From positions 16,988,001-17,052,000 of the forward strand of contig NC_135764.1 of NCBI RefSeq assembly GCF_052425735.1: a stretch of 64,000 nucleotides of DNA, read 5' to 3'. Shown piece by piece: positions 1 to 13,409 of the stretch. Origin of the DNA: Oculina patagonica. Its lineage: Eukaryota. Each line of letters starts with the position of its first letter. Within the stretch, counting starts at the first letter, position 1. The notes beneath the pieces are model-generated. The model had not been told where the DNA came from, searched no databases, and was given only the letters and a program-made list of their open reading frames with translations. The position numbers and the translations under genes were made by a program.

Positions 1-515
1 TCCAAGCGAGATCATCCCCCCGGACAATCCCCGGGCATTTGACCGCTACTGAGGACCAGATAGCGTTTTTTAGCGTTGACAAATTGTGTTAAAGCTATAA
101 AACGCTAGCGGTCCTAAGCGCGTGAAGTTAGTATTTGGTAACGTCAATGTAAAGTATTTTCAACGTATCTTTTCCTATTAAAAAAAGCTGATTAATAGGG
201 CACGTACGTCCGTTTAGAGTGTTTACGAGAAAACCTAGTTTTCCTCAAAGTCGTTCGTTTCCGTTTCCGGTTTGGTAGTAGTAGACTCGCGCCCGCTTTC
301 GCGCTTCGCGCTCTGTGAGCTCGACTTGTAAGCAAGTCTAGACTTGAGAAAACCCAACTCACAATGACATGTCAGCCCCGACCGATGGGGCATTTGACCA
401 TGCAACTGGGGAATTTGATCAGACATTTGGAAAAAAGTCAAATGCCCGGAGGTTTCCCCGGGAGGGGGGTGGGGGTGGAGGGGCATGAAATCGCTTGGAA
501 TTGACCGATGCATTA
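1..515. mobile_element. MITE-like non-autonomous DNA element, left end cut by window edge
   Basis: The window start TCCAAGCG...CCCCGGGCATTTGAC is the reverse complement of GTCAAATGCCCGG (438-450) and CGCTTGGAATTGACCGATGCATTA (~492-515). No coding capacity. Confidence 0.6.
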
Positions 516-1094
516 GTCGGATGACATTACTCAACGAGTTAGCTAGCTCGGAACTGCAACACTTTGGATCCATTTCCATTTTATTGAGCAATCCTGGCTG
601 TTTGCTAATAATATTGACAGGAATAACATTTCCTACAGCCTGAGCCTAAAATTGAATATACTCTAATATTGTAATAAGAAGAACTGTGCAACAATTCACA
701 TCATTCATTCATATATAAACGTACTAAATAAAGTCTGAAAAGTTTGCTGTTGTTTGGCCACTGCTGACAGCGGCAACATGTAAACTGACCACGTTGAAAG
801 TGGAAGGACTCAAACTAGTCTAACTGTTAAGTTCCTTGCCCCCTGGTGGGGGATAATCTAACTAGGAATTAGATAAAATAGTTACATTATAGTTCAGTTG
901 TAGTGTGGCCTATGAAAATGAATATATTTCGTGAGTTGCGGCTTAACTGAAGATCTGTTGAAAAACAATAACATCATTATGAAGTAGACAGTGATGACAG
1001 TGATAAGTGAAGAAATGTATATACTGGTAGATAACAATTAACATTTTTGGAGTGTTAGGTTGTAGATAAAATAACTTTGCATGAGACTGTGTCT

Positions 1095-1215
1095 GTTTTA
1101 AGTTCAAAGTTGGTTTAAGGAGCTTCTAATAAAAAATTTAATGCTACTATTCAAAGCACTTAAACCGACTTTGAACGTGCAAACAGACGATGTTTGCGCG
1201 AAGTTCTTTACAAAA
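1095..1215. mobile_element. Penelope-like element 3' remnant, present as two short inverted pieces
   Basis: 1141-1210 translates as MLLFKALKPTLNVQTDDVCAKFF, resembling the C-terminus of Penelope GIY-YIG ORFs (EMLxIKxLKPxLNxQ). A diverged copy of CTTAAACCAACTTTGAAC lies on the minus strand at ~1100-1135. Confidence 0.45.
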
Positions 1216-1727
1216 GTTACAAATGTCTATTGTTGTACATTCATTTCTTCACCATTACTAGCTGTCATTCTCTTCTTAATAATGAAACGTATTGAATTAA
1301 ATCGCTCTACAACATGTATAAACAGTTGCTAAAGAGCCTGCTCTTGACGATCCGTGACCCTTTGAATAATTCTGTGTTGTAATCCTCAGATAAATCTTGT
1401 CTGGATCATTTTACAAAAACATTTCATGATCTTAAGATTTTGTCTTCAGTTTATCGAAACACCAACTGATCTTCTTTGGGCAAATTCAAAGGTACGTTTG
1501 CGTGAAGCTCAGATTGGAAAAAAAGATAACCGATAGAGCCAGGTGATTATGTAAAGTCCTGAATGGCTACAAGAACTTTAGTTGGGAAACGAAAACTAGC
1601 TAAAAAACACAAGTCTCTAGACACTCTGACTAGAACGAAACACAACGAGAATGAAAGTAACAGTACTGACCCATCGGGTGGAGTATATAACCTACATGTC
1701 ATTACTGCACTAGCAAGTTCAACAAGG

Positions 1728-3065
1728 CTAGTTAAGTTCCATTTCAATCAACTTGTTGACACCGTCAATCACGAATTGAACGAGTTGAACTTCCGAGTAA
1801 CCAAGCCTGTACTTGTTGGATATATCATAAATAGCACTTGTGGTGTCGGAATGCTCTCCATAAAGACCTCTCACTTGAAGGTGGCGTTCTTGGCACCATT
1901 TCTTTAGGCCTTCCTCTCCCATCTTTTCCACCAATTTCTGCAGCTGAATCAGAACTCCTCCTCTCAGCCCAGTTCCCAGATTAGTAGGACAACATGTGAT
2001 CATTCCAAGGTGCTCTGTTTTCTGGAAGGTCCTGTTGTCGATCTCTTGAAGGAGCTTTTCGATCGTATTTACACCTTTTAAAAGTGTTGCAAATACGGAA
2101 GAAACATCTCCACCCTGCTGCATAGAAATAACACGGATATGGTCGCCTTCATTCACCCACACAGCGAAGGTTTTTTCCTTGTTGAGATAAATCCCTCGCC
2201 CATATGGCCACCATCGGTGATATCCACTGTCTGCTTGCATCTTGTCATTGCCCTTGAATAACAAGTGTTCCCTTACTAGCTGCTGTCTCTCGTCTTCGCT
2301 TATCTTGGCTAATGAATAGTAATGGCCTGCCAAATCTCCCTCTAGTTTCTCGAACACCTGCAGCATCAATGCTTCTATCTGCAGCTTCTCTTCTTTGGAA
2401 TTTTGACCAGGAGCAAGATTAAATCCAGCGATGTTTCTTGCAACCCTGATTCTTGTGGATATAATCTTGGATGGCTCGCTGATGTTACCTTTCAAATGCT
2501 CAGGATTCATGTCAGTTGTGTGCTTGTCACCTGGCTTAAAACCACGATGATACTCTTCGATGAGCGGATCAAAGAACTCTGCGAAGACCGTGTAGGAATC
2601 AGTATCCCCGGCATGGCATCCAACCAAGGACTTTTGCTTATTCAGCACTCCACTGTTGACAGCGCGAGCAATGGTAAATCCCGTGGATGTTTTCTTGTCC
2701 TTTAGCTTCTCAAAGACGTCCGCTGTCAGGTACTTGGCCATCAACGATTTCGCTCCAGATATGTCAGGGTATTTGTTTTGCTCGAGGTCCGGATCAAGCT
2801 TGACATCGTTTTGCTCCGCCAGATTTATGTCATCTCCTAATTTCATAGTCTTGTCTTGGACTATCGCTCCACCAGTATCCTGAAAAAAATATTCAGATAT
2901 TCTTGTGACGCTTTTCAAAAGCAGTGGAAACGACGCCGACATTTTTCGTTTCGTGTTTGCCATCTGTGTACTAAATTGCCTAAATTACCGACACAGCTTC
3001 GACTAAGAATGTCTTACCCCGTGTTGTTTAGAGCTTCGTTTCTCATCTTGGGGATTTGAAGCCAT
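1728..3065 (-). CDS. Phosphagen (ATP:guanidino) kinase, arginine-kinase type, copy 1; 2 coding exons (3065-3018, 2879-1728)
   Basis: Motifs STRIRVARN, WVNEGDH, CCPTNLGTG, RGLYGEH and DISNKYRLG; Tyr in IEEYH as in arginine kinases. Exon 1 MASNPQDEKRSSKQHG ends at a GTAAG donor; TTTTCAG acceptor precedes 2879. The ORF-track N-terminus (2963-2880) is intron read-through. Confidence 0.92.
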
Positions 3066-5020
3066 TTCAGAGCGGCGATCTTTAGTTTTTCTATGCGTTC
3101 TACTATGGAAGAACCCACTCCTTGCAATCTGCAACCGACTAATTTGCAACTGACTTCAAATGAGTATTTATCTAGATGTACGTATCGATTCCACGGTTTG
3201 TTTTGATGTGACAGCAGTTAGAACATAATTTACATAAAACTGAAAAAAATCACCTGCGTTTTTAATTGGCCCAATAAACGGCTGACATTGTCACACAACA
3301 TTAGTCGTTGCCTGTCACGTACATCTGAGCATGTCGCAAGTTCCCTCCTATGAAACCACCATAGGAAAGCTTAGTGTCTACCTCTGAACAGGAACTAAGA
3401 TTTTAAATTTGCAAAAAAATCAATTTGCTTTTCTCAGTGAAAAACACTGTGTGTTTAAAAAATTCCAGGTATTCGAAAATTGTTCGACTTCTCAGCCTTA
3501 AGAACTGTTCGTGGACACTTCTCATTTTCATCGCCATGTAAGCCAAAGGTCTTTGGAAGCATTACTATCTGAAATTTTCTGTCCAATAACGCACTGCAAA
3601 TATAGAATTGTAATAGTCTTCATGAGCGATTCATGAACAGATGTATTGTAGTATGCCGTGATAGACGTGGAATTTTATCGAAAGGTCTCAAAAGGCCCCT
3701 TTGGCGCAACTAGACCGTGTCACATTGCTTACTACAGGGTGAAACTGGTGGAAGTGAATAGTTGTTTTTCATAGGGAAAGTTTAGCTTTAAAAAAAATTA
3801 AAACTTGTTTCCTTATTATTATCATATCGACTACATTTTGTTTCAACAAAGTAAAATTGGATATGAGCATATATTCGGTATTTAAAATATAACACGCAGT
3901 TGCAGACAAGTAGCACAATTAATCTGACATTTCGATTGCAGTTGTTTGACTTTTCTGAAATCAGTCGCGTTAGTACTAAATAAGCCACCGTGCACCCCTT
4001 CACATTGAAATTATTTTTGTAGTAGGTTACTCGCCATTCCATCACCAAAATGGTGTACTTTGATGGCGACTGGCTCGAACCAGGCATATCAACATGCCGT
4101 CAAATAGCCATTAAATAACCCTTGGGATTTTTGATAAGTATTTTTCGATTGGGTGGATGATCGAGGATAAGGTTGCTCAATATTTTTGTAACACGTATAT
4201 TAAAAATCTGCATTACAGCCGCTAGTACAACGAAGTCTACCAATATAAGGAATTGACAATTTTTATAGACATTAATCGTGGACATTCATCTGAAAATCAC
4301 CCTATTACATCAATCGTACCAGAGCCCGACCGCTGGTCTAAGGGGACGCGGGCACTGGCTACGAGATTATCTTATGTGGTTGTCGCAAATTCTCTCCTGT
4401 TTTTATTTTGAACAGCCCAAGTTAGTTATATTTTAAAGAAGGACAAATCACCAATGCTGATGAAAATCTTCATGTCATGGAAACAATAATAATTTTGGAA
4501 CCGAGATCGTGGTTGTACTATACCACTAAGAACTTCCTTCACCAAAGCTCCGTCAACTGGGTATTTTGAAAATTATGTGCCACAAAAATTCGCCTGCTAG
4601 ACTAAATAATACTCCATCGTGCATCCTCAATTAAAATCTCTGGACATGGTTTTAAGAACAATTATTCTTATTTTCCCCGGCCTTTCGTCATCGGTTTAGA
4701 ATTTACTTTATGTTTGAATTCATTCTAGAAACAGCATGAAATAAAGGTGCTTTGTTTTACAGTCTTGTTAAGAAACCTGCAGGTGCTTTACATAATGATT
4801 AAAGTATAAACATTCTGCCATACGAGAAAACATTTAAAGACGTTTTAAAAACATAATTAATCGAGTTTTTAAAATCTCATTTGTGCATGGTACTCCAGTA
4901 TTATTAAACTCAGGTAAGCATTTTATATTTGGAAAAAATAAAGACATGTACATTTCCAACATTCAAGCATTTTTAGGGTTCGTGTTTGGCCCACTTTCAG
5001 TTATCCATAGTTAAGCAGTT

Positions 5021-5034
5021 GTTGTCATGGAAAC
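5021..5034. promoter_or_regulatory. RFX X-box-like motif upstream of the mucin gene
   Basis: GTTGTCATGGAAAC, close to the X-box consensus GTTRCCATGGNAAC, about 180 bp upstream of ATG 5212. A partial copy ATGTCATGGAAAC lies at ~4472-4484. Confidence 0.35.
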
Positions 5035-5211
5035 GAACACCTGCCAGTACCTGTATTGTGTGGTGGCAATCAATCAAGAATAAACCGACGATGTAAACCG
5101 CTGAACTCTTCCTCTGCACTGAATTTGATGTAAACTGACATGAGCATAATTACAAAAATGTCGAGCAACAACAAACTGTTATTCTCTAATAATCAAACGT
5201 TTAAGCGGATA

Positions 5212-8200
5212 ATGTGGAAATCACGGCTGCAAATTCTGTATTATCTTGGTCTGTTATATTTGGTTCTGCGATTTCAAGGTAAGATGAAGCTTGATGCAGT
5301 ATGTGTTAGTGCTTATATTAAACATTGTATGTTTTAAAGAAGGGGAAATAGGTCAGCACGCTGCTAGAACTGTAACTGATCGAATACATCAGTGCTAAGA
5401 GATGGGAATGTTCTTTCTTACCAAAAAGGTCCATAAATTTCAGTTAGCGTTGGCATTGATCACTGACAAACATTTGAAACGTCCTTACTATCGAATCCAA
5501 AGGAAAGGAAAGAGGATTATCTTAATTGTCTTTTTTTTAGAAGAACCAGTGGAAACCATTGTTTATAAAAGAAAGGATTTTTCTCGGTATCCTTTCGAAG
5601 AAATACGGAAAAATTCTGTAATTTAAGTTAGTAATAGAAATGAAAAATTCATAATATAACGACGAAATACGCTTGTCTGGAGTCATCTTTTCATTAGAAT
5701 AATACATTTCATTAGCATTTCGACATGCGAAAATGAGATTGCTAGCTAATTTGAAAGTGGTACGAATAAGATGTTTTTAGGTGCGATAGTTTGCGGATCT
5801 GCCAGTTTCGTGGTTATAGCTTCCGTTCTAGTTAAACCGATTGAATTTACGACTACGTGTACTAATTTAATGCCAAAATATTTTTATAAGATGAGGTCTG
5901 TTCATTTTTGCCAGTTTTAAGCGGGTGTTAATTGGTTTCAATCCGGTTTTCTTAAATCATATTCATGGTTTATCTCAGTAAAAATAACATCGCAAAATGA
6001 AAATCAGTATCACCAATGGTTTTTGTGGAAAATCTTCCACGTTATGCAAACGCCTTGTGTTGCTTTTATAGATGCATTTGATTTTATTTGCTCTTCATTT
6101 GACCGATCTTGTATTTATAAAACCTCCATAAAATTTGTTTTTGAAGGTTTCAGTGCATTGAATTATGACAGACGCGTGCCCTGCAGTTGCTGAGACATAT
6201 TCAAATTTTGTGTGTTAGTTTATTTGCTAAGCTGCTTCTTCTCAACCATCAAATGTACGTCAAAACTGTGTATGATCTCTAATTAAATTCGTCATCTCTT
6301 TTTTTAGGCATGGCCTCATTTATAATATCGTTCAACCGAATATACAAAATGACACATCCTGGCAAACTTCCCGCTCGTGTATGGATTATATTGCACGGCC
6401 TCGTTGACAACGTCGCTCGTCATAGTCGCCATGAGACAGTTGTCAATTCTTTGCTTAGTGTCTCGGGTATTTTGTAGCGTTTATTGTTGTCGAGCCTGAA
6501 AGGTTCGATTCTGCCTGGGTGAATAACTTATTTCAATATTGAGGTTTTAATGGAATACTAATAAATGTTCCGGCGATTAAGCGTCGTTTGCTATAAGCCG
6601 AAGCTGTTCTGGTTGCGCAGTGGTCGGAACAGGAGGCATTTGGAACGATGTTGAAATTCATGGTTGAGCCCTGAACAGCTGGCAGCATTGTCGAGTAACT
6701 TTATGTCATTTACCTCCCAGTAAAATTCTACTGATTGTTATAAAAAGCTGATGCCTACATGCAAGTAGAGAAAATGAGATTTGTATGTCATTCTGAGAAT
6801 CTTCCGCAGACGCGACGAGGACAAACTGAAGATGTTAAATCATTGGTCAATCGAAAGGGCTAATGCACGCACACACAAAAAAAATTAAAATAATACAGTC
6901 AAGTTAGTCAAAAAACTTTTTTTGCGATAGTAATTACTATCACCATTACCATTACCGTTTCTCTAGAAATTTTCACTCCTGATCCTGCATTTCTGATTTT
7001 TTTGTTTCCTTTCAGACAAGGCGTGTTCAAGATTTCCACTTCTTGGGATATCTACGGACATCGATTACAACAGACTAAATGCTAAGATAGTAACCAGTAA
7101 TTTTCATTTTTCTATGAAGTGTGAAAATTCTGGAGACTTATCGTCAACAAATCCTTCTGCCAGTTATAACAAAGCGGTGCCATCATCAATGAATGGTTTA
7201 TCATCGAATATGTTGTGCGTGTTAGCTTCAAGGCCCTTATTTGAACCGGCATCTGTTATCACTGTGCTGTTGTCATCAGGTTTCTCTCGAACTTCTGCAG
7301 TTTTCACCACCTCGTTACATCGCTTTCTGTGCGGCACAGTTTGGAAAATGTCGATCTGCATGTTTTACAAAGCGTGTTTTTGCTCTGAACTTTCTTGTCT
7401 ATTAGACACGTCACACAAATCGTCAATACTTCAGAAATCTGAAGTCTCAAGCTCTCTTGAATCTGCAAAGGTCAGTTTATGGAGAAAGTTGGCAACGTTG
7501 GTTTGTTTATTCTCTTTATTGGTGATTATTCTAAGGCAAAGAATAAAGTTGACAAGAAAAAAGAACAGACTCATTTCTTATTTGGAGAGTTCAATGGGTA
7601 CTGTATTTTCCAGTTTGACAACGTTCACAAAGCCTTTGAGAACACTACTCATTCTATTAACACTATTTGTGCCAGGAAATTCATCACTGGATCCCTCAAA
7701 CACGACGGTGGTACCCAAGAATGAAACAAGATTGAGCACTTCGTGGACTACAGAGTCCTTTATCCAAGGCTTTACTCCGATGCCTTCTTCTTCGTCGACA
7801 ACAGCAACAAACGCAACATGGTCATCGTCCTCTCTACGGGTATTACAGCCATTTTCATTGACACAAGTTCAAGCATCAGTACAAGCGTCAACTCAATCAA
7901 CTGATTTTGTGAAGTCACCAACCTTTCAATCACTGTTACAAAGCACAACATTAGTGATTCTAATTACTAATGTATCATCATCACTAACACCACTACCATC
8001 AGGCTCATTAACATCACCTTCATCATCTTCACACATGAACTCTTCCTTATCAACATTCCTGCGCATATCACGAGCAACATCATCACACACATCGTCATCA
8101 TCTTCACCTTTATCATCGTTGTTACTATCGCCATTATCGTCATCATTTGCTTTGTCCACATTATTCTATTCGACATCAGAGGCATTACTGTCCACATTGA

Positions 8201-11200
8201 GTCCGTTACTACCGAAACCTTCGCCATCATTGTCACCATCATCAACAACATTGCCTTTATTTTCATCTGCATTGCTATCTCCAACAATATCGCCAGAAGT
8301 CTCATTATCATCATTATCAGCATCATTATCAGCATCACCATCACCGACACTATCAACATCAGCACCCTCAACAACAACACCATCACCATCATCATCATCA
8401 CCCCCATCGCCACTCCCATCCTCATCACCACCATCCTCAACACCATCGTTGCCAGAATCGTCTTCATCGCCCTTATCATCAACATCCTCAGCACAGTCGC
8501 CACTCCTACCACTACCATCTTTACTATCACCATCCTTAGCACCGTCGCCACCCCCACTGCTATCACCATCATCATTTTCACTACCTCCAACGTCAGCATC
8601 CTCGGCACCATTGCCACTCCTATCCTCACCACCACCATCAACGCCATCTTTATCAACAGTAAAATCTCCATCTCCATCACCATCACCGTCACATTATTCG
8701 TCACCATTACCATCGACATCGTCCTCTACGTCATCACCATCTTTATCCATATCAGCACTCCCATCACCATCACCACTCTCAACACCATTATTATCATCTC
8801 CATTGACTTCACCATCAGTATCCTCATCACCACTCCAATCACCACCAACATTGTCGTCACCATCCCCACTGCCATCCTCATCACTATTAACATCCACCTC
8901 TCCATTACCATTGCCGTCATCTTTGTCACCATCACCACTGTCTTCGTCAACAGCATTGCCTCTCAATTCATCGTCACTGTTTTCTCCAATCCTAACAACA
9001 TCTATTAAGTCGCTCATGGTAGTATCATCAACGTTTGTAAAGAACGATTCCTTACGAGAGCAAACTTCAACAGTGTCTTCGCCTCATAGCTCAATAAATG
9101 CTAACTTTACGTCAAGGGCAATTATTCAAACTATACTTTCTGCGACGTCAAGTGGAATGAGTTCTGCATCGTCTTCCGTAACACATATCCCGACTCAGAC
9201 AACTCCTTCAAATAAAACAAGAATAATAAATGTCACAGTGTCGTTAATAAATGAAGATTTCCACAAAGACTTGTTGAATGAGAGTTCAGCAAAATTCGTG
9301 AACTTGTCCCGGAGGGTGAACTCCACGGTAGGATTTCAAACAAATATTATTACATAATCAAAGATCTGAACTATTTCAGTTGTAACACATCTAAACCTGT
9401 CATTACAAACGGTTTCGCTGTTTGTACTACGAGATGTCAAATGTTAGTTTATCCATGTATTAATCCATCCATACATACATTTCTGCCTCCCTCCCAGCTC
9501 CCTCCCTTTCTCCATATTGATTGATTGACTAACTGATTGATTGATTGATTAATAAATAAATAAATTAATTGATTGATTGCATTTATCTCTTGGCAGTTGT
9601 GGGAATTGTTTTCTGGCAACGTGGAAGGTCTGAGAGATATTAAAATACTTCGATTCAGGTTTGTACGAAACGTTTCAGCATGATGCTAACGACTTATAAT
9701 TTTCATCTCATTCACTATAGACCTTAACCGGAATGGCAAAATAATGTTGAAATGCCGTTGAAAAGACCAACACAACAAAAGCATTGATAGACCTGTATCA
9801 ATGCCTTACTCATGATTAGCTTCCAGGCTCGTTAAAGATTCCACTGCCAAAATTACTTTTAGATCAAATAACTTATTATGAAAGTTTAGGAAATTAGAAT
9901 GTTAAGGAATACAGATATAAAAGATCGAGTATGGATGGTCATTTCTGTATACTTACGTCACAATGCAATTATGTTAGCAAGATCTTGACTTGCATCTTTT
10001 CTTTTTTGTTCAAGACAGGGAAGCGTGAAGGTGGATTTTCAACTGCTTATTAACAGCACGTCTAACGTCACCACACAAACTATCAATCAAACGCTGCTGA
10101 GTAACAATGGAACAAACAACCAAGGATTCATTTTTGGAAATATTCTTGTCCAGGGTAAGTTAATACTTGTTTTATCCGGCCGACAAAGCAAAGAGCATTA
10201 ACAATTACACAGTGCAAAGTTAATTTGTCAAAGTGCCCAAGAACATTCACAAAAGATAGAACTGGACACGCGTTTCAGTAGAATCATAACACAAATATTT
10301 TTTCTGACATTGGACAAATTTAATGATCTACTGGCTTTATCTCATGTGTTCCGTTTTCATCCTCTTTTCTTTATCATGATACATTGTTTGCTTTACTTTG
10401 TTTCATAGAAAAATGTTCGCCAGGATTCTGTTTTAACTCAGGCCGTTGTGAGGACGATGCCCACGGTCCGGTTTGCAGGTAAGGGCAAAAACAAATACTT
10501 CTTTAAGTTACACTTGTTTGGCTGTCATCACGCACTAGTTCATTAAACTTGTCATCGTTCTAATTTCAATGATCTGGGAAAATATTTTTTCAAGCGGTAA
10601 TGCTAGATTGGTTTTGTATCTGACGCGTGGTATTGATAATGAAAGTAATTTGTCAAACTAGCTGTGGATCTACAAAACACGTACTTTCAAGAACCGGTGG
10701 AAAGGCGCAGAAAAATAAACTCAGAAAACAAAAGTGTACCGTTTACCTATCTTTCTGTTGATTTCTTGTACGCAAGTTGAACTTGCGTACAAGCTTAAGT
10801 TGGGTGGACAAAGTTAAGTGACTCGCAAGTAAGTTTACCGGCAAGTGCGCACGTAACTTGCAAAAAAAAAAAACATTTCAAGGCGGTAAAAATGTAACTA
10901 AATGCAAACGGCGAAAAACTTGCGCCAACATGCGTGCAAATGTGTTCCCGACCCGCAAAGTAAAAGCAAGTCATCGCAAGACAATGCTAGCCTGCGAATC
11001 AGGCAGCCGCCTCTTATTCGCTCCCGCAACTTGAGCGAATGAGAGGTGGCTGTATTCGCAGGCAAAGACAATGCAAGTGCACGCAATTTCTGGCCACTGG
11101 CGACTCCGTTTGGCCAGGACTTTAAAATGTGAAGTTTAAATCCAAATGACTGACATTACTGTTTGTACTGATCCTTAGTTGCTCCACTGGGTTTGATGGA

Positions 11201-13409
11201 TCACGATGTGCTCAAAAAGGTCAGTGTACAATGTTATCATCATTAGCTACAAATTCTCTAGTAACAATGGGTTTCGACATCATAATTGCAAATTGTACAG
11301 GCTAATGTACACCTTTCCTACAACACCTTTTGTGACCTTGAGAATTGAATTCTTTCTTCTGTGGATAATGGGTAAGTGTATTTACTCAGTTTAAAAATTA
11401 AGATATATATTCTGTATTTTTGACAGTTGCTGTGAATGGAAGCTACACTGAGTGGTCTGATTTTACTGAGTGCAGCAAAACATGCGGAGGTGGTCAAAAA
11501 CGTCGCAGCCGCTCATGTCACAAGCCTCTACATGGAGGAAAAGACTGCGCGGACCTGGGTCGAGCTATAGAGTACGTTGATTGCAATGGTGATGTCAGCT
11601 GTCCAGGTACATCTCTGATGAATGTTTTAAGTTTTAAGAGAGGTTACTTTGAGCTGATTATATGTGCAGTAATGTTAGAGAAGTCGCAATTGTGTAATAA
11701 CAGACAGGTTAAAAATGTTAGAACAATCATTACAGCTGGTTATTATTTGTCTTCAAAGTTTCAGCTGAGATCTGGATAGCTGTTGGAGTGGCATGTGGCG
11801 TGTTCCTCTTGATTCTTATCTTTGTTGTTTTGCTGCTGTTACGAAGACGGAGAAAGCAAGCTGAACAAAGAAATGGGTAAATATAGATCTGATTAATAGG
11901 TCTTCTATCATGACACTCCAGGAGTCCATGGTCATGGACACTCCTAATTCACCTTTTGAATACTCAAATTATAGGGGCCGGAATCCTAAAGCAGTTTTTG
12001 AAAGTTCTTAAATTCCTTTTTACAGGTTTAAACCAAACGCCTCTCCATTCGCATGTCGAACTTATAGCTAGTGAATAAGAGGGGCCTACGACAGTTTTGT
12101 TCGGCAGCTTAGTTTGATAATATATATAACAACATTAGGTTCACCAAAAGCACAGAGATTGTAGTTGCTGTGTAGTGGTATAACGCAACTTTATAAGAGA
12201 AGTAACGTTTTAATTGTGCTCTTCTCATGAGCTGAACAACAAGCATAGAGCAGTGCAAGTGGCATACGGATCGATGACCCCCCAAATCACGTGAGAACCA
12301 AAATATTTCAGCTCCATGTTCTTACCAAATTTTCTTGGTTATAGAAGTCCGCGGGAACTCCGCTAATAAAACTGTATGTTTTTCAGGTTATCCAGCTCCA
12401 AGGATTTTCAAACAAATGGACACAGTACTATAATACCGCTTGAAGTGATATACGAGGACAAAACAGTACCTAAGTCATCCCCCAAAGGACAAACGAATCC
12501 AGAATTTATTGGCGATGATGAGGATGATGACAATGATATCTACAAGGCTCAGTTGTTGTTATTTTTAAAGCAGGCCCATTTAATACGGCCAAATATCTAC
12601 CCCGACGAGCAAGACAACAAGTCCGATACCTCGGAATATTCAAGGCCAACATCCAGAAAAACGTCTGCAGTATCTAGGGTTAGCCAAGAGGGCAAAGATG
12701 AACCAGCTCTTGATGACGAGTCAAATCACGTGTCAAACATTTCAACCACTGCTGTAAGTTGTCCTCCTTCCTTGTAATACAATCGATGTAAAACACACTA
12801 TGTTTATCGCCCTGACTTCATCAGTGGAGGTCAGTAAAAACGTTTCTTCTTTGCAGCCGAAGATAGATTTTAAACGACTAACAGAAGTTGCCATGCAACA
12901 CAGCTGCTTGCAAGGATCGCTTCGTTTACTTCTGAGGTTACCAACGGTAATACCCGATTCCCTCTATAGCGCCTGCAGGGAATCACGGTAGTTGTATTCA
13001 TCAAACCATGCGCGAGACTCGGCAGCGATGCACATTGCTGAGTCTCGCGCATGGTTTGATGAATACAACTACCGTAATTCCCTGCAGGCGCGCGCTATAG
13101 AGGGAATCGGGTATTAGAAACGATGAAATGTTCCTGGGTGCGCTATCAAACCCGGCAAGCTGAGAGCCTGGGGTGCGCTATCAAACCCGGCAAGCTGAAA
13201 GCCTGCAAGCAAGCTTCATTTTGCGCAACCTCCGTTTCGACAAAAATAGAAAAACTTAACTTGAAACAGAAATAGAAAATCTACATGCATCAAGGCGTTA
13301 GTCTTTTGAAGTTCAATTTGTGGACTAAAGCTTTTACTAAATGCTTTTTGTTCAGGGCCAAACACCAGTGACTAATGGCGAAAAAGTACTTCCAACAACA
13401 GTCTTGTGA
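5212..13409 (+). CDS. Transmembrane mucin-like protein: Ser/Pro/Thr-rich region, SEA, EGF, TSP1, TM, cytoplasmic tail
   Basis: Phase-consistent exons 5212-5278, 6308-6466, 7016-9327, 9597-9658, 10015-10154, 10409-10478, 11179-11219, 11427-11606, 11765-11876, 12387-12753, 13356-13409. SEA motif FRQGSVKVDF; EGF CSPGFCFNSGRC..CSCSTGFDGSRC; TSP1 WSDFTECSKTCGGGQKRRSRSC; TM IWIAVGVACGVFLLILIFVVLLLL-RRRRK; C-terminus TTVL. The first two exons are less certain. Confidence 0.85.
9517..9578. repeat. (ATTG)n/(AAAT)n microsatellite in intron
   Basis: Imperfect ATTG and AAAT tandem units read directly. Confidence 0.7.
10988..11065. mobile_element. Short palindromic MITE (TAGCCTG...CAGGC type)
   Basis: GCCTGCGAAT..CAGCCGCCTCTTATTCGCTC pairs with GAGCGAATGAGAGGTGGCTG..ATTCGCAGGC. 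Confidence 0.65.
12948..13116. mobile_element. Near-perfect ~170-bp palindromic element in the last mucin intron
   Basis: TAATACCCGATTCCCTCTATAGCGC...GAGACTC arm and its reverse complement GAGTCTC...GCGCTATAGAGGGAATCGGGTATTA; TA at both ends. Confidence 0.85.
13133..13204. repeat. Tandem duplication of a ~35-bp unit
   Basis: CCTGGGTGCGCTATCAAACCCGGCAAGCTGA(G/A)AG occurs twice in tandem. Confidence 0.85.

Noticed and set aside
2880-2963. N-terminal extension MANTKRKMSASF of kinase copy 1, which looks like a targeting peptide
   Set aside because: It lies in the intron. Similarity to copy 2 starts at the AG acceptor, and a homologous upstream exon exists at 3065-3018.
7926-9017. Minus-strand Met/Val-rich and Asp/Gly-rich ORFs
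   Set aside because: They are antisense shadows of the TCA/CCA-rich mucin exon.
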